DNA of 54,273 nt from Octopus bimaculoides (taxonomy: Eukaryota): positions 3,905,417 through 3,959,689 of the forward strand of contig NC_068989.1 of the NCBI RefSeq assembly GCF_001194135.2, in the 5' to 3' direction. The translations under genes and the position numbers were made by a program. The notes below the pieces were generated by a model that ran no database searches, was not told the origin of the DNA, and was given only the letters and a program-made list of their open reading frames with translations. Each line of letters begins with the position of its first letter. Within the stretch, counting starts at the first letter, position 1. This document shows, piece after piece, positions 24,385 through 36,955 of the stretch.

Positions 24385-24930
24385 TTCATTCGTTCGTTTC
24401 ATTCCAGTTTTATTTAAATCAGTATAAAAAAAATTATGACAATGTTTTATGGCATTATAAAAGAATTTTTTGTGGCTCCTTTCTTCCTTAACAACTTTTG
24501 TTTATCTTTTTTGAAATTTCAATAAATCTTACATCTTTTCAGATATACGATGATGGTGTGCAGAGGTGGGTGAAAATGCGCTTCTCCGACACCTGATTCT
24601 CTTCGCACCCATTCATGGTTCCAAAGCTGCCAAAGCTGATCGAGAAATTTATGTTTTGCACACAGAAGACACCATTACTAAAAGAACTGCACCGAAATAG
24701 TCTTCCACGCTTCGAGGAAGTGAAATTCTACCGCACTGACGCTCCGTGATTCGGCTGACTTGCTCCGTTCAATGAAGATGGGTTGATAGAGCTCATCCCC
24801 GAGGATCATCCTTAATGCACTCGGAAGTTAACCCAGCGTCTTGTATTCTCCCATGATACCGTCGCTCATCACCTTAATCGAAATGATTAAGATAAATGAT
24901 AATAAACGAACTTATCTGACGACCTAATAT
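24385..24930 (+). mobile_element. Internally deleted, degenerate mariner transposon (transposase N-terminal HTH region plus right TIR)
   Basis: 24572-24878 reads, with stops and a frameshift, ENALLRHLILFAPIHGSKAAKADREIYVLHTEDTITKRTAPK / RFEEVKFYRTDAP*FG*LAPFNEDGLIELIPEDHP*CTRKLTQRLVFSHDTVAHHLN, a mariner N-terminal pattern. It ends at GAACTTATCTGACGACCTAATA; no DD34D domain is present. Confidence 0.8.
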
Positions 24931-26427
24931 TTATTGACTATTCTCTAGCAATAAAAACCGTTTTCCTATTTGTTGTTCGCCCTATCTTACCTTCGTACAT
25001 CTATTTTATGTGTATTTATTTACTAAGCGAACAGGATATTTACTTGATATTCACTTCACAGCGTTGCTTACAAAGTCGTCCGTGCTCTAACCACGGTCAC
25101 ACATTTTGATTATCAAGTGTGTTAATGATGACAAAGGCTCCTTTGAAAGTATTGTTATTAGTTCAGCCATTGTTTCGTCAGAGAAGGAATCGTGCTTAAA
25201 CAATTTCATATTCAATTACCGTTAACAACAACAACAGTGCGATACTATATTAGTACTTCAATGAATGTAATATAGGGGTTTTCAGTGCAATATGAAATTA
25301 TATATTTATATTTATTGTAGGGAATCAATATAAATATACGCATAAATGCATGTCTATACAGACTCACATACACACACAAACAAGCACACAAACACACATA
25401 CTCGGAAAGGAACAATATGAAAAAACGCAGATTTGTTTTACAAGACTAAAAGATATATTAGAATCACAATAGTAAAAGTATTATACACTATTGTACAGAA
25501 TAAGATTTTTTCTTTCTTTCAACATAATAACCGTTTCGCTAACGCTTTTCAAATTTTGAGTTTTGGATGCAATTCTGAATTAGAGGTTTTGTTTGCTAGG
25601 GGGATAATTAGTTAGCAAAGTATTTTTCAACAAAGGGGTGGTAAATCTGTAATTTTTAATATCGGTTTACATTGTTTCTGGCTTATATCCTTCAATAGAT
25701 GGGGTAAATCTTTAATTTTTCAATATGGGTTTATATTTAATGCTGGTTTGTATTTTATAATTATAATCACTGAAATGTATGTATATATGTAATCGAGAGG
25801 GTTACCAGCTGTTTTATTGGTTATTTAGCTGAGGGATTATTATAAATAATACATTAGTAATTTATAGATGTACCTTATACCTTTTGAACGCAATTTCGAG
25901 GAGTGGATTTAAAGCATTGCCTTAATCTGATGTAGTATTTATGTTCTGTGTTATTTCTTCCGGAAGAACACTTGGTAAAACGCACATACACTCAGACATG
26001 TAGACATATATGTATGTCTGTACATAAATGTATGACTGCGAATGGTGAAGATAAGTTTTATTTTAATCCAATATATTTTTTGATATACAGAAACATTAAC
26101 GCTAGCTGAACCTGGCATTTTATGACATTACTTAATAAGATTGCAGATATAAATTGCTAATGCTGTTTAACTTCTCATTGAAAACACCGGTGATCAAAAG
26201 CATTTTAGTTGTAACGAGTAACTGGCTTGTTCAAATTATTTCTAATTATTTCTACGACTGGTGTCACGCAACAAATTTCGGAAGAAGGTAACTTTTCAAA
26301 CATAGAGATTTCCTAACGACGTTTTCCGATTTTGTTTTTAAAATTCACATTTTCTCATTTCATCACTTTTCCTTATGAAAGTCTAACGTCCAAAATATCA
26401 GTTGTCTTTCAGTTCATTGTAAGTGTT

Positions 26428-26641
26428 TTAACAAACGTGAGATGGACAAATTTGACAAACGTTTCCCTCTCGCATTGCCTTTTGTTTGAGTTCATAGCTG
26501 AATATATATTTCTTCTTTTTCAAAGTCGATCGCTTATCATCTTTAACTTCAAAGGTGCATGCTTTGATTTCTCCTTCCAGGTGATCGAACCACCAGGTAG
26601 AAATAGCCAAATTTCTGAACGTCGAAGCATTACTGTAGAAT
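26428..26641 (-). CDS. Candidate terminal exon (unidentified)
   Basis: Acceptor ATTATTCTTTCAG, then FYSNASTFRNLAISTWWFDHLEGEIKACTFEVKDDKRSTLKKKKYIFSYELKQKAMREGNVCQICPSHVC*; complex, non-repetitive composition; no homology recognised. Confidence 0.2.
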
Positions 26642-29572
26642 CTGAAAGAATAATATATATTAGTGACATGACGCTGCATACGTTTGTACCCCACTATCAG
26701 CATTTTTGATCAATAACATTAGACGTTACTTTTCTACGTGTCTACCAGCTTGTCTTGTTGTCCGTGTGTTTATCTGCTATTTTCCTCTCTCTCACTGTCT
26801 ATCTCATTCGGCATATCTCCGTTGAATCATACTGATGCACAACAGCGATGAAACGTCCATAGATGCTTCCTAATACTGAGAAGTTCTTAAAGAGTTAGTA
26901 ATTCACTTGAAGCAGGGGGAACCACAAAACATCAACAAATACGAGCTTAACGGACTTTGACAGCCAGCTAATTCTGGTTTCCCTTCACTCCAGGCAAATA
27001 AATAGTTCACTTTTACAAACTAGTAATACCAAATCGTATTAATATCTCATGACGCTGTCAATTATTTCGTTATGAACAATTCACGACTACATACACGCAC
27101 ACATACACATGCACGCACACACAAACGCACACATGCGCACACACATTTACACCCCCCCACACATATCTATCTTCCAGTCATTTTCAATTTCTGATGCCGC
27201 GTCAGATGAACTTGTCTCATAGGAATATATACAGTACATATTCAGACATCATATACTTATACATATACATTAATATACATACATACATATNNNNNNNNNN
27301 NNNNNNNNNNNNNNNNNNNNNNNNNNNNNNNNNNNNNNNNNNNNNNNNNNNNNNNNNNNNNNNNNNNNNNNNNNNNNNNNNNNNNNNNNNNNNNNNNNNN
27401 NNNNNNNNNNNNNNNNNNNNNNNNNNNNNNNNNNNNNNNNNNNNNNNNNNNNNNNNNNNNNNNNNNNNNNNNNNNNNNNNNNNNNNNNNNNNNNNNNNNN
27501 NNNNNNNNNNNNNNNNNNNNNNNNNNNNNNNNNNNNNNNNNNNNNNNNNNNNNNNNNNNNNNNNNNNNNNNNNNNNNNNNNNNNNNNNNNNNNNNNNNNN
27601 NNNNNNNNNNNNNNNNNNNNNNNNNNNNNNNNNNNNNNNNNNNNNNNNNNNNNNNNNNNNNNNNNNNNNNNNNNNNNNNNNNNNNNNNNNNNNNNNNNNN
27701 NNNNNNNNNNNNNNNNNNNNNNNNNNNNNNNNNNNNNNNNNNNNNNNNNNNNNNNNNNNNNNNNNNNNNNNNNNNNNNNNNNNNNNNNNNNNNNNNNNNN
27801 NNNNNNNNNNNNNNNNNNNNNNNNNNNNNNNNNNNNNNNNNNNNNNNNNNNNNNNNNNNNNNNNNNNNNNNNNNNNNNNNNNNNNNNNNNNNNNNNNNNN
27901 NNNNNNNNNNNNNNNNNNNNNNNNNNNNNNNNNNNNNNNNNNNNNNNNNNNNNNNNNNNNNNNNNNNNNNNNNNNNNNNNNNNNNNNNNNNNNNNNNNNN
28001 NNNNNNNNNNNNNNNNNNNNNNNNNNNNNNNNNNNNNNNNNNNNNNNNNNNNNNNNNNNNNNNNNNNNNNNNNNNNNNNNNNNNNNNNNNNNNNNNNNNN
28101 NNNNNNNNNNNNNNNNNNNNNNNNNNNNNNNNNNNNNNNNNNNNNNNNNNNNNNNNNNNNNNNNNNNNNNNNNNNNNNNNNNNNNNNNATTGATAGAAAG
28201 GACAAGAAAAGAAAGAAATAGAAAATGGCTGCCCAACTCCCACAGGAATAAGGGTTATTCACAAATATAATCATCATCTAGAAGTTTGTTAGTATTAATT
28301 AATAAACGATCCCCACGCTCTCACCTCTACCGTAGAGAAATAATAGAAATAATGTAATAGTCACATACACATGCACAGAGAAAGGTTGACAATTGAACAA
28401 AAAATAAGGTTCCAAGAGCTTAGGTCTGAGGTCGCCAAACGTTTTCGACAATCGAACCCGTTTAGCCACTTCTCCTTCCATATCGACTCCCCTTAGCAAC
28501 CTCTCCTTCCGCATCGACTCCCTCCCCATTTAAAAAAATCTTAATACCCTAGCCTGCCGTATCATATCTTAAATACGTCCCGGGTACTAACGTCGGAAAT
28601 TTAAATGTTATTTAAAATATACCTGTGCAACAAATTAAGAAAATCTATTGAAGATGACACACCTTTTACATTTAAAACTACATGTTTTAAGCTTTCAATT
28701 TTTATGAAATTGTTTTCACGGTTAGGAAATGTGAAAAACGCATCATATTGCTGGAATATCTCTTATTGAAATTGACAACATCAATATGAGGATATGAGCA
28801 TGGCGCTGACTAATTATTTCAAGCAGTTCATTTGGGTGAGCTGGTCTTTCGCAAGCTGACTTCCCTTCGACCCCTTAGCTATCGTCGACCCCCTGTAATT
28901 CCTCGCCGACCCCTAGGAGGTCCCTGGCTTCGGTGAATAATACCTCTTAAACTGATTTGGGATGTACGAAAAATTTTTAATAATGTCAATGTGATATATT
29001 TAGTGAAAGCCATCATTTATAAAATCAAACTCAATTGAACTATGAATAAAACAGTTATTAAACAATTATATATTGGTATGAATGAAGGAAGATTTAAGGG
29101 AAGATATCTGAACAGACTAATTTACCTTGGCGAATGTAGCGAACATGAGTAAAACTTTACTCTGCAGTTATTCATTAGGAGACACGATATATCAACTTTA
29201 TTATTGAAAGACGATGAGTTATCACAGCATGCCATAATGTGAACAAAATCAAGCATTGCCTATTGGGTACTTTCGAAAGATGTTATATTGTAAATGAAAC
29301 TGATAATTTTAATTCTAAGCTGGAAATTATGTAATGGCGTCACGACAATAAGATTTCCTGGTTAAATTTTAATGAAGTCATTGCATTCAGTTTATAAACA
29401 TTCAAAGTAATGGAGATTTTAAGAGCAGTTGGAGGTTTAAGATCTACCCATGGATTGCAATATCTTATTCCGCAAGCAGCAGATTGTTTGTGGATATTCC
29501 TCAATAAATATGTTGTCAGATGATTGCCCTTCGGCAAAAAATTTGAAGCAACGGAAACATAGGCATGCACGC

Positions 29573-29576
<4 letters not shown>

Positions 29577-29655
<79 letters not shown>

Positions 29656-29656
29656 N
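29577..29656. repeat. (CA)n microsatellite abutting a gap
   Basis: Directly visible. Confidence 0.97.
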
Positions 29657-30069
29657 NNNNNNNNNNNNNNNNNNNNNNNNNNNNNNNNATATATATATAT
29701 ATACATATATACATACATATTCATACATACACATGTATTTATACATATACATACATACATACACACACATATAAATATATATGAATATATGTATATATGT
29801 GTATGTAACAATCTATGTATATATATGTCTATATATGTATGTATATATATACACATATGCATCTATGTATGTATGTATGTATGTATGTATGTATGTATGT
29901 ATGTATGTATGTATGCATGTAATTATGTCTGTTCTGTATTTAATCATTTAAACTCTTCCTCCGAAGAAGGTGCTGGTTTCTAATTAAGATACAAAGCTCC
30001 ATCTTTGGAATGTAGATAATGAAAGCAATGTCATATTTTAAACCTGAGATAAGTGTTGCACAGTTTCAC

Positions 30070-30455
30070 CACATGTTACCGGATTGAGTCCCACTGCGTG
30101 GCGCATTCGGCAGGTAATCCCTACAACAACGTTGGGTCGATCAAAGAGTGGATTTATTAGGCGGAAACTGAGGGAAGCCCGTCATATATGTGCATGCATG
30201 TGTTTATGTAAATGCGGGAGTGTGTGCGGTGTGTATGTGCGTGCGTCCTTATGTTTCTTTGTCCACCACCACCACTTGACAACCGGTGTCGGTGTGTTTA
30301 CGACCAAGTGACTTAGTTTTCCGGCAAAAGTGACTGATAGAATAAGTACGAGGATTAAAAACGAATAAGATTTCACGTCGATTCATCCAATTTAAAGTAC
30401 TACAAGGCATTGGTGACACAGCATGGACGCAGTATAATGATTGAAACAAGTAAAT
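30070..30455 (+). mobile_element. Near full-length SINE family B copy
   Basis: GAGTCCCACTGCGTGGCGCATTCGGCAGG...GGCGGAAACTGAGGGAAGCCCGTCATATATGTG..., then TTGACAACCGGTGTCGGTGTGTTTACG...GATAGAATAAGTAC...GCATGGACGCAG...GATTGAAACAAGTAAA. Confidence 0.85.
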
Positions 30456-30593
30456 GATCTAGGTACCTGCGCGTGTTTGTCCCCATTTTACTTGCTTTTT
30501 TAAAGTCTACCCTATGATTAGCGGGAAGAAATTTTGAAATATCTCGTTTTCTAAAGAATCTGAACTGAAGGAGTTATTGTTTCCGTTTTCCAG

Positions 30594-30667
30594 GAGATTA
30601 CGTGGCTGGTCACGGCGTCTCTATTGACCCAGTGACCGTTCTAAATGCGCGAGGGGAGATCGGTTGC
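30594..30667 (+). CDS. Candidate internal exon (unidentified)
   Basis: Strong acceptor TTGTTTCCGTTTTCCAG/G, a GC-richer 74-bp island in AT-rich DNA, one open frame (G)DYVAGHGVSIDPVTVLNARGEIGC, and donor TGC/GTAAAT at 30668. Confidence 0.3.
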
Positions 30668-31519
30668 GTAAATGTATTCTGGTGACATATTTTTTTCTTA
30701 TACACAAACATTATTTCCACAATACTTTGCAACAGATTTTAGTAAAAAGATTTTAGTTCTAAAATTTCTGATTAAGATTTGCAAAATACTAGGGAGAAAA
30801 AAAAATGCTCATAGCATTTTTTTCCTTTTACTCTTCTCATACGTATTATGTTGTTTATTTTTTTAATGCAAAACACACCTGATGATTAAAATATTTGATG
30901 AAACAGCGTTATGAAAAAACGTTTAAAACATAATCAATGAATTCTGTATTTTCATCTTAAGAAAAGTTGCCAAAAAAGATGATTTAAAAAAAAATGCTTT
31001 TTCGTTTTTAATTTTCGCATTTTGATTAACATCTCGCATATAATTTATAGATTTGAAGATGAGAGAAAAATGCTTTCACATTTTGACGTAGACATTTAGT
31101 TCAGAAGAGAAATCTGCGAATTGGTTGTGGTGCTTCGTCGCGGATAATTTTACGTAAAAACGAGTAGGAATGTGAATTTTCTTCTCGTTAATTTAGAAAG
31201 CCAACAAAGGAATCAGAAAATGTCCAGTTATATATATATATATATGCATATTTGATTTGATTAACAGTACATATACATATATACATATGTATGTGTGTGT
31301 GTATATATATATNNNNNNNNNNNNNNNNNNNNNNNNNNNNNNNNNNNNNNNNNNNNNNNNNNNNNNNNNNNNNNNNNNNNNNNNNNNNNNNNNNNNNNNN
31401 NNNNNNNNNNNNTATATATATGTATATATATATATATATATATATAGTCATGAGGGGTATTCTGGGCTTCGTATATTTTACTCCAGTGTCACTTTGATGA
31501 CATGCTCTGCTCTCTCTCA

Positions 31520-31602
31520 ATAATAATAATAATAATGTGAAACCATTATTATTATTATTGTTATTATTATCGTTGTTGTTGTTGTTGTTGTTGTTGTTGC
31601 TA

Positions 31603-31633
<31 letters not shown>

Positions 31634-31635
31634 TG
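31520..31635. repeat. Compound trinucleotide tract (AAT)(ATT)(GTT)(AGT)
   Basis: Directly visible. Confidence 0.95.
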
Positions 31636-32178
31636 TTACAATAATGCTATTATTATGACTATGAAAATCGAAGTATGCTAAAACTATCTTTCCTTTGCTA
31701 ATTTGATACGTCTTATTTTGGAAAAAGCATTTGATCATCGCAAAGAAGAGGAAAGGAGAAGTCTGCAGAAAATCTGCAATGTAAATAACAGATTCGATTG
31801 CAAATTTCCATAAAAGAAAAGAAACATGCAAAAAAAAAATAATAAATAAAGGAAGATGATTAAACATCAAATGCATCTAAAATTAACATGTTTACAAAAT
31901 ATAGTGATTTTAGCGCCGAAACAGAAGAAAACTATAATGGATACCATTAGAAATTTGATTCTCTTGGAAGAAAGGATGGATAGAGATAAAGGTAGAGATA
32001 GAAAGGGAAGACGTGTGACAGAGAGGAAGACAGATAAAATGAGAGAGAGAGAGTGGGGGAGGAAGGGATCAGAGAATGCCAGGAGAGCAAAAGAGAGTGA
32101 GAAAGAGAGAAACAGAGATAGACCTAAAGTGCGATGAATGGAAAGAAGTGTATAGATACAGATGCGGAAGTGGCATGT

Positions 32179-32229
<51 letters not shown>

Positions 32230-33112
32230 TATATTCACTAATGCACATACATATGCATACATTGATACATAGATACATAGACAGACACATGGATATGCAT
32301 ATCGTTACAGACGTTATAAATATACAAACACACACACACGCACATATATTTATATATTGGTACACACGCACACTCACAGACACACGCACACTCTCACACA
32401 CAAACACGTACACGTAGACACACACATACATATGTAGTTCATACACAGACATAATCTTTGTGATTATCTCGTAGACCGCTGCTATTGTTTAAAGTGGTGG
32501 AGCATTTAATTTGCCTATTATTTGTGCTGCAGCGCATTTGCAATGATATTGCTAATAATGATTAAAATAAGACGAAAATAGAAGAAGTAGAGGAGCAGAA
32601 AAGGAAGAAGAGTAAGAAGAAAACGAAGTAAAAGAAAAGAAGAATCGCAACAACGAATTCGATCCTTCCACCTTTCCCGCCGTATAAAACAATAGCCCTA
32701 AACATTAAGTGCAGAAGTAACGTTAGCGACCTATTCCCTATGGCTGCCACCAGATGCATCTATACTTGAAATTGTTATCACATTCTATGTACAAATATAA
32801 TAATTACTGATCGTTTCAGGCTATTTCTGCCCTCCCCCTCCCTTTGGTACTGGACACCTCGATTGCTAGAGATGGCTGTAGCTTGCTTCTCGCAATATAT
32901 ATATTTCAAGCAAACACACAGTCGCTGATTTTGTAACAAGCCAAAATGCTAATATTAAAATCTCTCTAAGAGATCAACGCAGTAGTTGTACTGAGAAGTA
33001 ATATTCGTGGTCATTTTAATATGGCTGTCCGTTCGAACGGACTCTACGGACATTTATATATAAACAGACACATAATTATATATGTATACAAATAAATACA
33101 TATATTACTGCA

Positions 33113-33360
33113 TTGACCGGACTGTCAGATGTTGTTATACATCGCTAGTCAAAATACACTTTGCATTGTTTTAGCTTTCGATTGACGCCACTTCGCTAGC
33201 TAGGCGAGCAGGCCAATATAGCAGCTGATACTCCGTCCCAGGGTTAACCACTCACGGCTATTCAGGCTCAAAAACACAACGCGCATTCCAGTCTAAAATT
33301 CGAACCAACAATCTAGCGATCGTGTGTGCAGGACCCTAACCACTAGGCCATGCTCCTTCA
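33113..33360 (-). mobile_element. SINE family C copy (tRNA-like head with A-box and B-box remnants)
   Basis: Reverse complement TGAAGGAGCATGGCCTAGTGGTTAGGGTCC...GGTTCGAATTTTAG...GCGCGTTGTGTTTTTGAGC; the head resembles the copy at 51505-51820. Confidence 0.75.
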
Positions 33361-34208
33361 CATACATGTGTATATATAAATAGACGATCTCACACATATA
33401 TACGCACACATATAAACATATCTACATACAGGCATTAATATATANNNNNNNNNNNNNNNNNNNNNNNNNNNNNNNNNNNNNNNNNNNNNNNNNNNNNNNN
33501 NNNNNNNNNNNNNNNNNNNNNNNNNNNNNNNNNNNNNNNNNNNNNNNNNNNNNNNNNNNNNNNNNNNNNNNNNNNNNNNNNNNNNNNNNNNNNNNNNNNN
33601 NNNNNNNNNNNNNNNNNNNNNNNNNNNNNNNNNNNNNNNNNNNNNNNNNNNNNNNNNNNNNNNNNNNNNNNNNNNNNNNNNNNNNNNNNNNNNNNNTATA
33701 TATATATATATATTACCTAATATGAAATCAATAGAACATCTCTAAAATATCACCGTTGACAAAAAATGAAAGTGAACCATGAGTAATGGAATAATTACTC
33801 TTCACTTCTCTTTTGTCGAATACTTTAATGGGATTCCACTGGATTGGCAAACATTAACAACATGATAACTCTATATTTATTTCATCGTCAATTTTCATTT
33901 TAGTGGTATTTCTATTTTAGTTTGTATATTTCATGTCTGCAGAAAATAACTTTTTTTTTCTACAAGAAATTGAACAATGAAGAGAAGAGAAAAAAAAAAT
34001 TTGCAAGAGAAACAAAATTCGATTAATGGTATTCAATGGAAGAATCTGGGAAAGAAAAAAAGACGAACACTTGCACATACACACACGGATATACACACGC
34101 ACAAACACTCACACACACATAATATATGCATATACATACAAGGGCATATAAATGTGTGTGTATGTGTTTGTATGTGCATGTGTTTGCAAGTACATACACT
34201 ATATATAT

Positions 34209-34255
<47 letters not shown>

Positions 34256-35152
34256 AATATATTAACGCATATAGATATGCATTGATGTATATACATACAC
34301 ACACATATATAGATATNNNNNNNNNNNNNNNNNNNNNNNNNNNNNNNNNNNNNNNNNNNNNNNNNNNNNNNNNNNNNNNNNNNNNNNNNNNNNNNNNNNN
34401 NNNNNNNNNNNNNNNNNNNNNNNNNNNNNNNNNNNNNNNNNNNNNNNNNNNNNNNNNNNNNNNNNNNNNNNNNNNNNNNNNNNNNNNNNNNNNNNNNNNN
34501 NNNNNNNNNNNNNNNNNNNNNNNNNNNNNNNNNNNNNNNNNNNNNNNNNNNNNNNNNNNNNNNNNNNNNNNNNNNNNNNNNNNNNNNNNNNNNNNNNNNN
34601 NNNNNNNNNNNNNNNNNNNNNNNNNNNNNNNNNNNNNNNNNNNNNNNNNNNNNNNNNNNNNNNNNNNNNNNNNNNNNNNNNNNNNNNNNNNNNNNNNNAT
34701 ATATATAAAGAGAGAGAGAGAGAGAGAGAGAGTGAAAAAGAGAGAGCGAGATAATTCCCATTGTTTTCATTCAAACATCTCTGTGAGTACGCTGCCGGAT
34801 TACATCTGTGTGAAACTGGGTCCTATTTTGTTTCTGAGAATTGATCAAAGAATTTAATACATTGGATGTCTTGGATTCATTGTGCCTTGTGTTTAGTGCA
34901 TTATAGGACACTTGGGGATAATTCGTCTTTTTTTGTTTTCGTCATTTATAACCTCACGCACACACAAATTAATATATTACTCACAATCATATTCCCACGC
35001 AATCGAATAGACTTCTCTGCAGCATTTTATTCAATAATGAAATAGATGTGCGTGCATGCACGTATGTCTCTATTCGTATGTTATGCATACACGCACTCAC
35101 GCACGGACACACACAATCACACACACACAAACATACACACACATGTGTATGT

Positions 35153-35700
35153 ATTAGATGACGTACCCGGTAATTCCCGGGAAGGCGTGGCTTATCCCTT
35201 GGTTCCGTTCTCATAATACAAAGATTACCGAACTGTCTTACACAGGATCTTGTTTTTAAGAATTCCCAATAAGTTAGGAATACCCAAATTGTAAATTCAG
35301 TTATGTAATAACATGAAAATAGTTACCCGATAGTAAGGATTCAAATAAAGTAGCCCCCAAAAAGGCTTTAATGCGTTCCCAGAGTAGATAGAACATAGGA
35401 GGAAATGCTAATAAGGGAGGTATACTAAAATCGTGAAGCATGTTACGTAATAACAGGCTAATCAGATATGAGATGATAACAAGTCAAAGTAAATAACTCT
35501 GGAAAGGGCTTTTGTGCGTTTCCAGAGAATATTACCCTCAGGGGCGCTAGCGTTGGTATATTCGTGAATACGTCACTAATCGAAATAAGTGGTTCTATTG
35601 CTTAGGAAAGTACTATTTACTTGTTTAAGGGTTCTACTGGATAAATTGCGAAAATAACTCTAAATACTAAGAAAGAAGCATACTCAATTTCATATAGATA
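35153..35700 (+). mobile_element. Possible non-autonomous Helitron/HINE-like element with internal 142-bp repeats
   Basis: 5' ATTAGATGACGTA followed by the hairpin CCCGG-TAATTC-CCGGG; two diverged 142-bp units starting at 35268 and 35410; ends in TTTCATATAGATA. Confidence 0.35.
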
Positions 35701-35733
35701 AATAGAGATAGAGAGGTAGCTAGATAGATACAA

Positions 35734-35764
<31 letters not shown>

Positions 35765-36089
35765 NNNNNNNNNNNNNNNNNNNNNNNNNNNNNNNNNNNN
35801 NNNNNNNNNNNNNNNNNNNNNNNNNNNNNNNNNNNNNNNNNNNNNNNNNNNNNNNNNNNNNNNNNNNNNNNNNNNNNNNNNNNNNNNNNNNNNNNNNNNN
35901 NNNNNNNNNNNNNNNNNNNNNNNNNNNNNNNNNNNNNNNNNNNNNNNNNNNNNNNNNNNNNNNNNNNNNNNNNNNNNNNNNNNNNNNNNNNNNNNNNNNN
36001 GATAGATAGATAGATTGACGGATAGATGTATGGACGGACAGAGAAACAGAAAATGAGACAGACAAATACACAGATAGATAGATAAATAA

Positions 36090-36134
<45 letters not shown>

Positions 36135-36688
36135 GAGATTGATAGATACATTTCTTTTATTAGCCTGATAGAAAGACGTCACACACTATGTACACATACA
36201 CACGCATATGTGTATACGTATATAGCTTAATCAATTACAGGAGTGTTTTAAATAGATTTGAAATACATTTCTTTTATTAGCCACACAGGGCTCAACGAAG
36301 ATGGGACAAATGCAATGTAGAGCTTTATAGATGGCGCTGCTAATACCTCAGGAAACCAAAAAACAAACATGGTGGTCGTGTTCGTGATTGAACAAACCTC
36401 ATATCTAAACAGTTAAACTATCAATAAAACATGCCTTAATTGCTTCACATTTATTTGTTTCTTCCTTTTTCCTCAATATTTTATTGTTGTAATGTTTATA
36501 TTATTCACTAATTTGTTTGCTTTATTTCATCTCTGCACGTTTTCTCTCTTTTTCCTCACTACTCTTTGGTCAATAAGCTTGTATTGGTCGTAAAACAACA
36601 TCACATCAATATCCGCCATTATAATACGTTTTTCGCGACACGGTAATTACGCATTAAACGATAGGAAAGTAATTCAGAAACAATAATA

Positions 36689-36834
<146 letters not shown>

Positions 36835-36854
36835 CGAAAATAATATCAATTGTC

Positions 36855-36955
36855 CTTTCTACTATATGCACAAGGCCTGAAATTTGGGCGTAAGGGATAA
36901 TCGATTATATCAACCCCAATGCTCAATTGGTACTTATTTTGTCGATACCGACAGT
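36855..36955 (-). mobile_element. SINE family A 3' fragment
   Basis: CTTTCTACTATATGCACAAGGCCTGAAATTTG...ATCGATTATATCAACCCCAATGCTCAATTGGTACTTATTTTGTCGA. Confidence 0.8.

Noticed and set aside
33027-33042. Perfect 16-bp palindrome GTCCGTTCGAACGGAC
   Set aside because: It is too short and isolated to imply function, and is plausible by chance.
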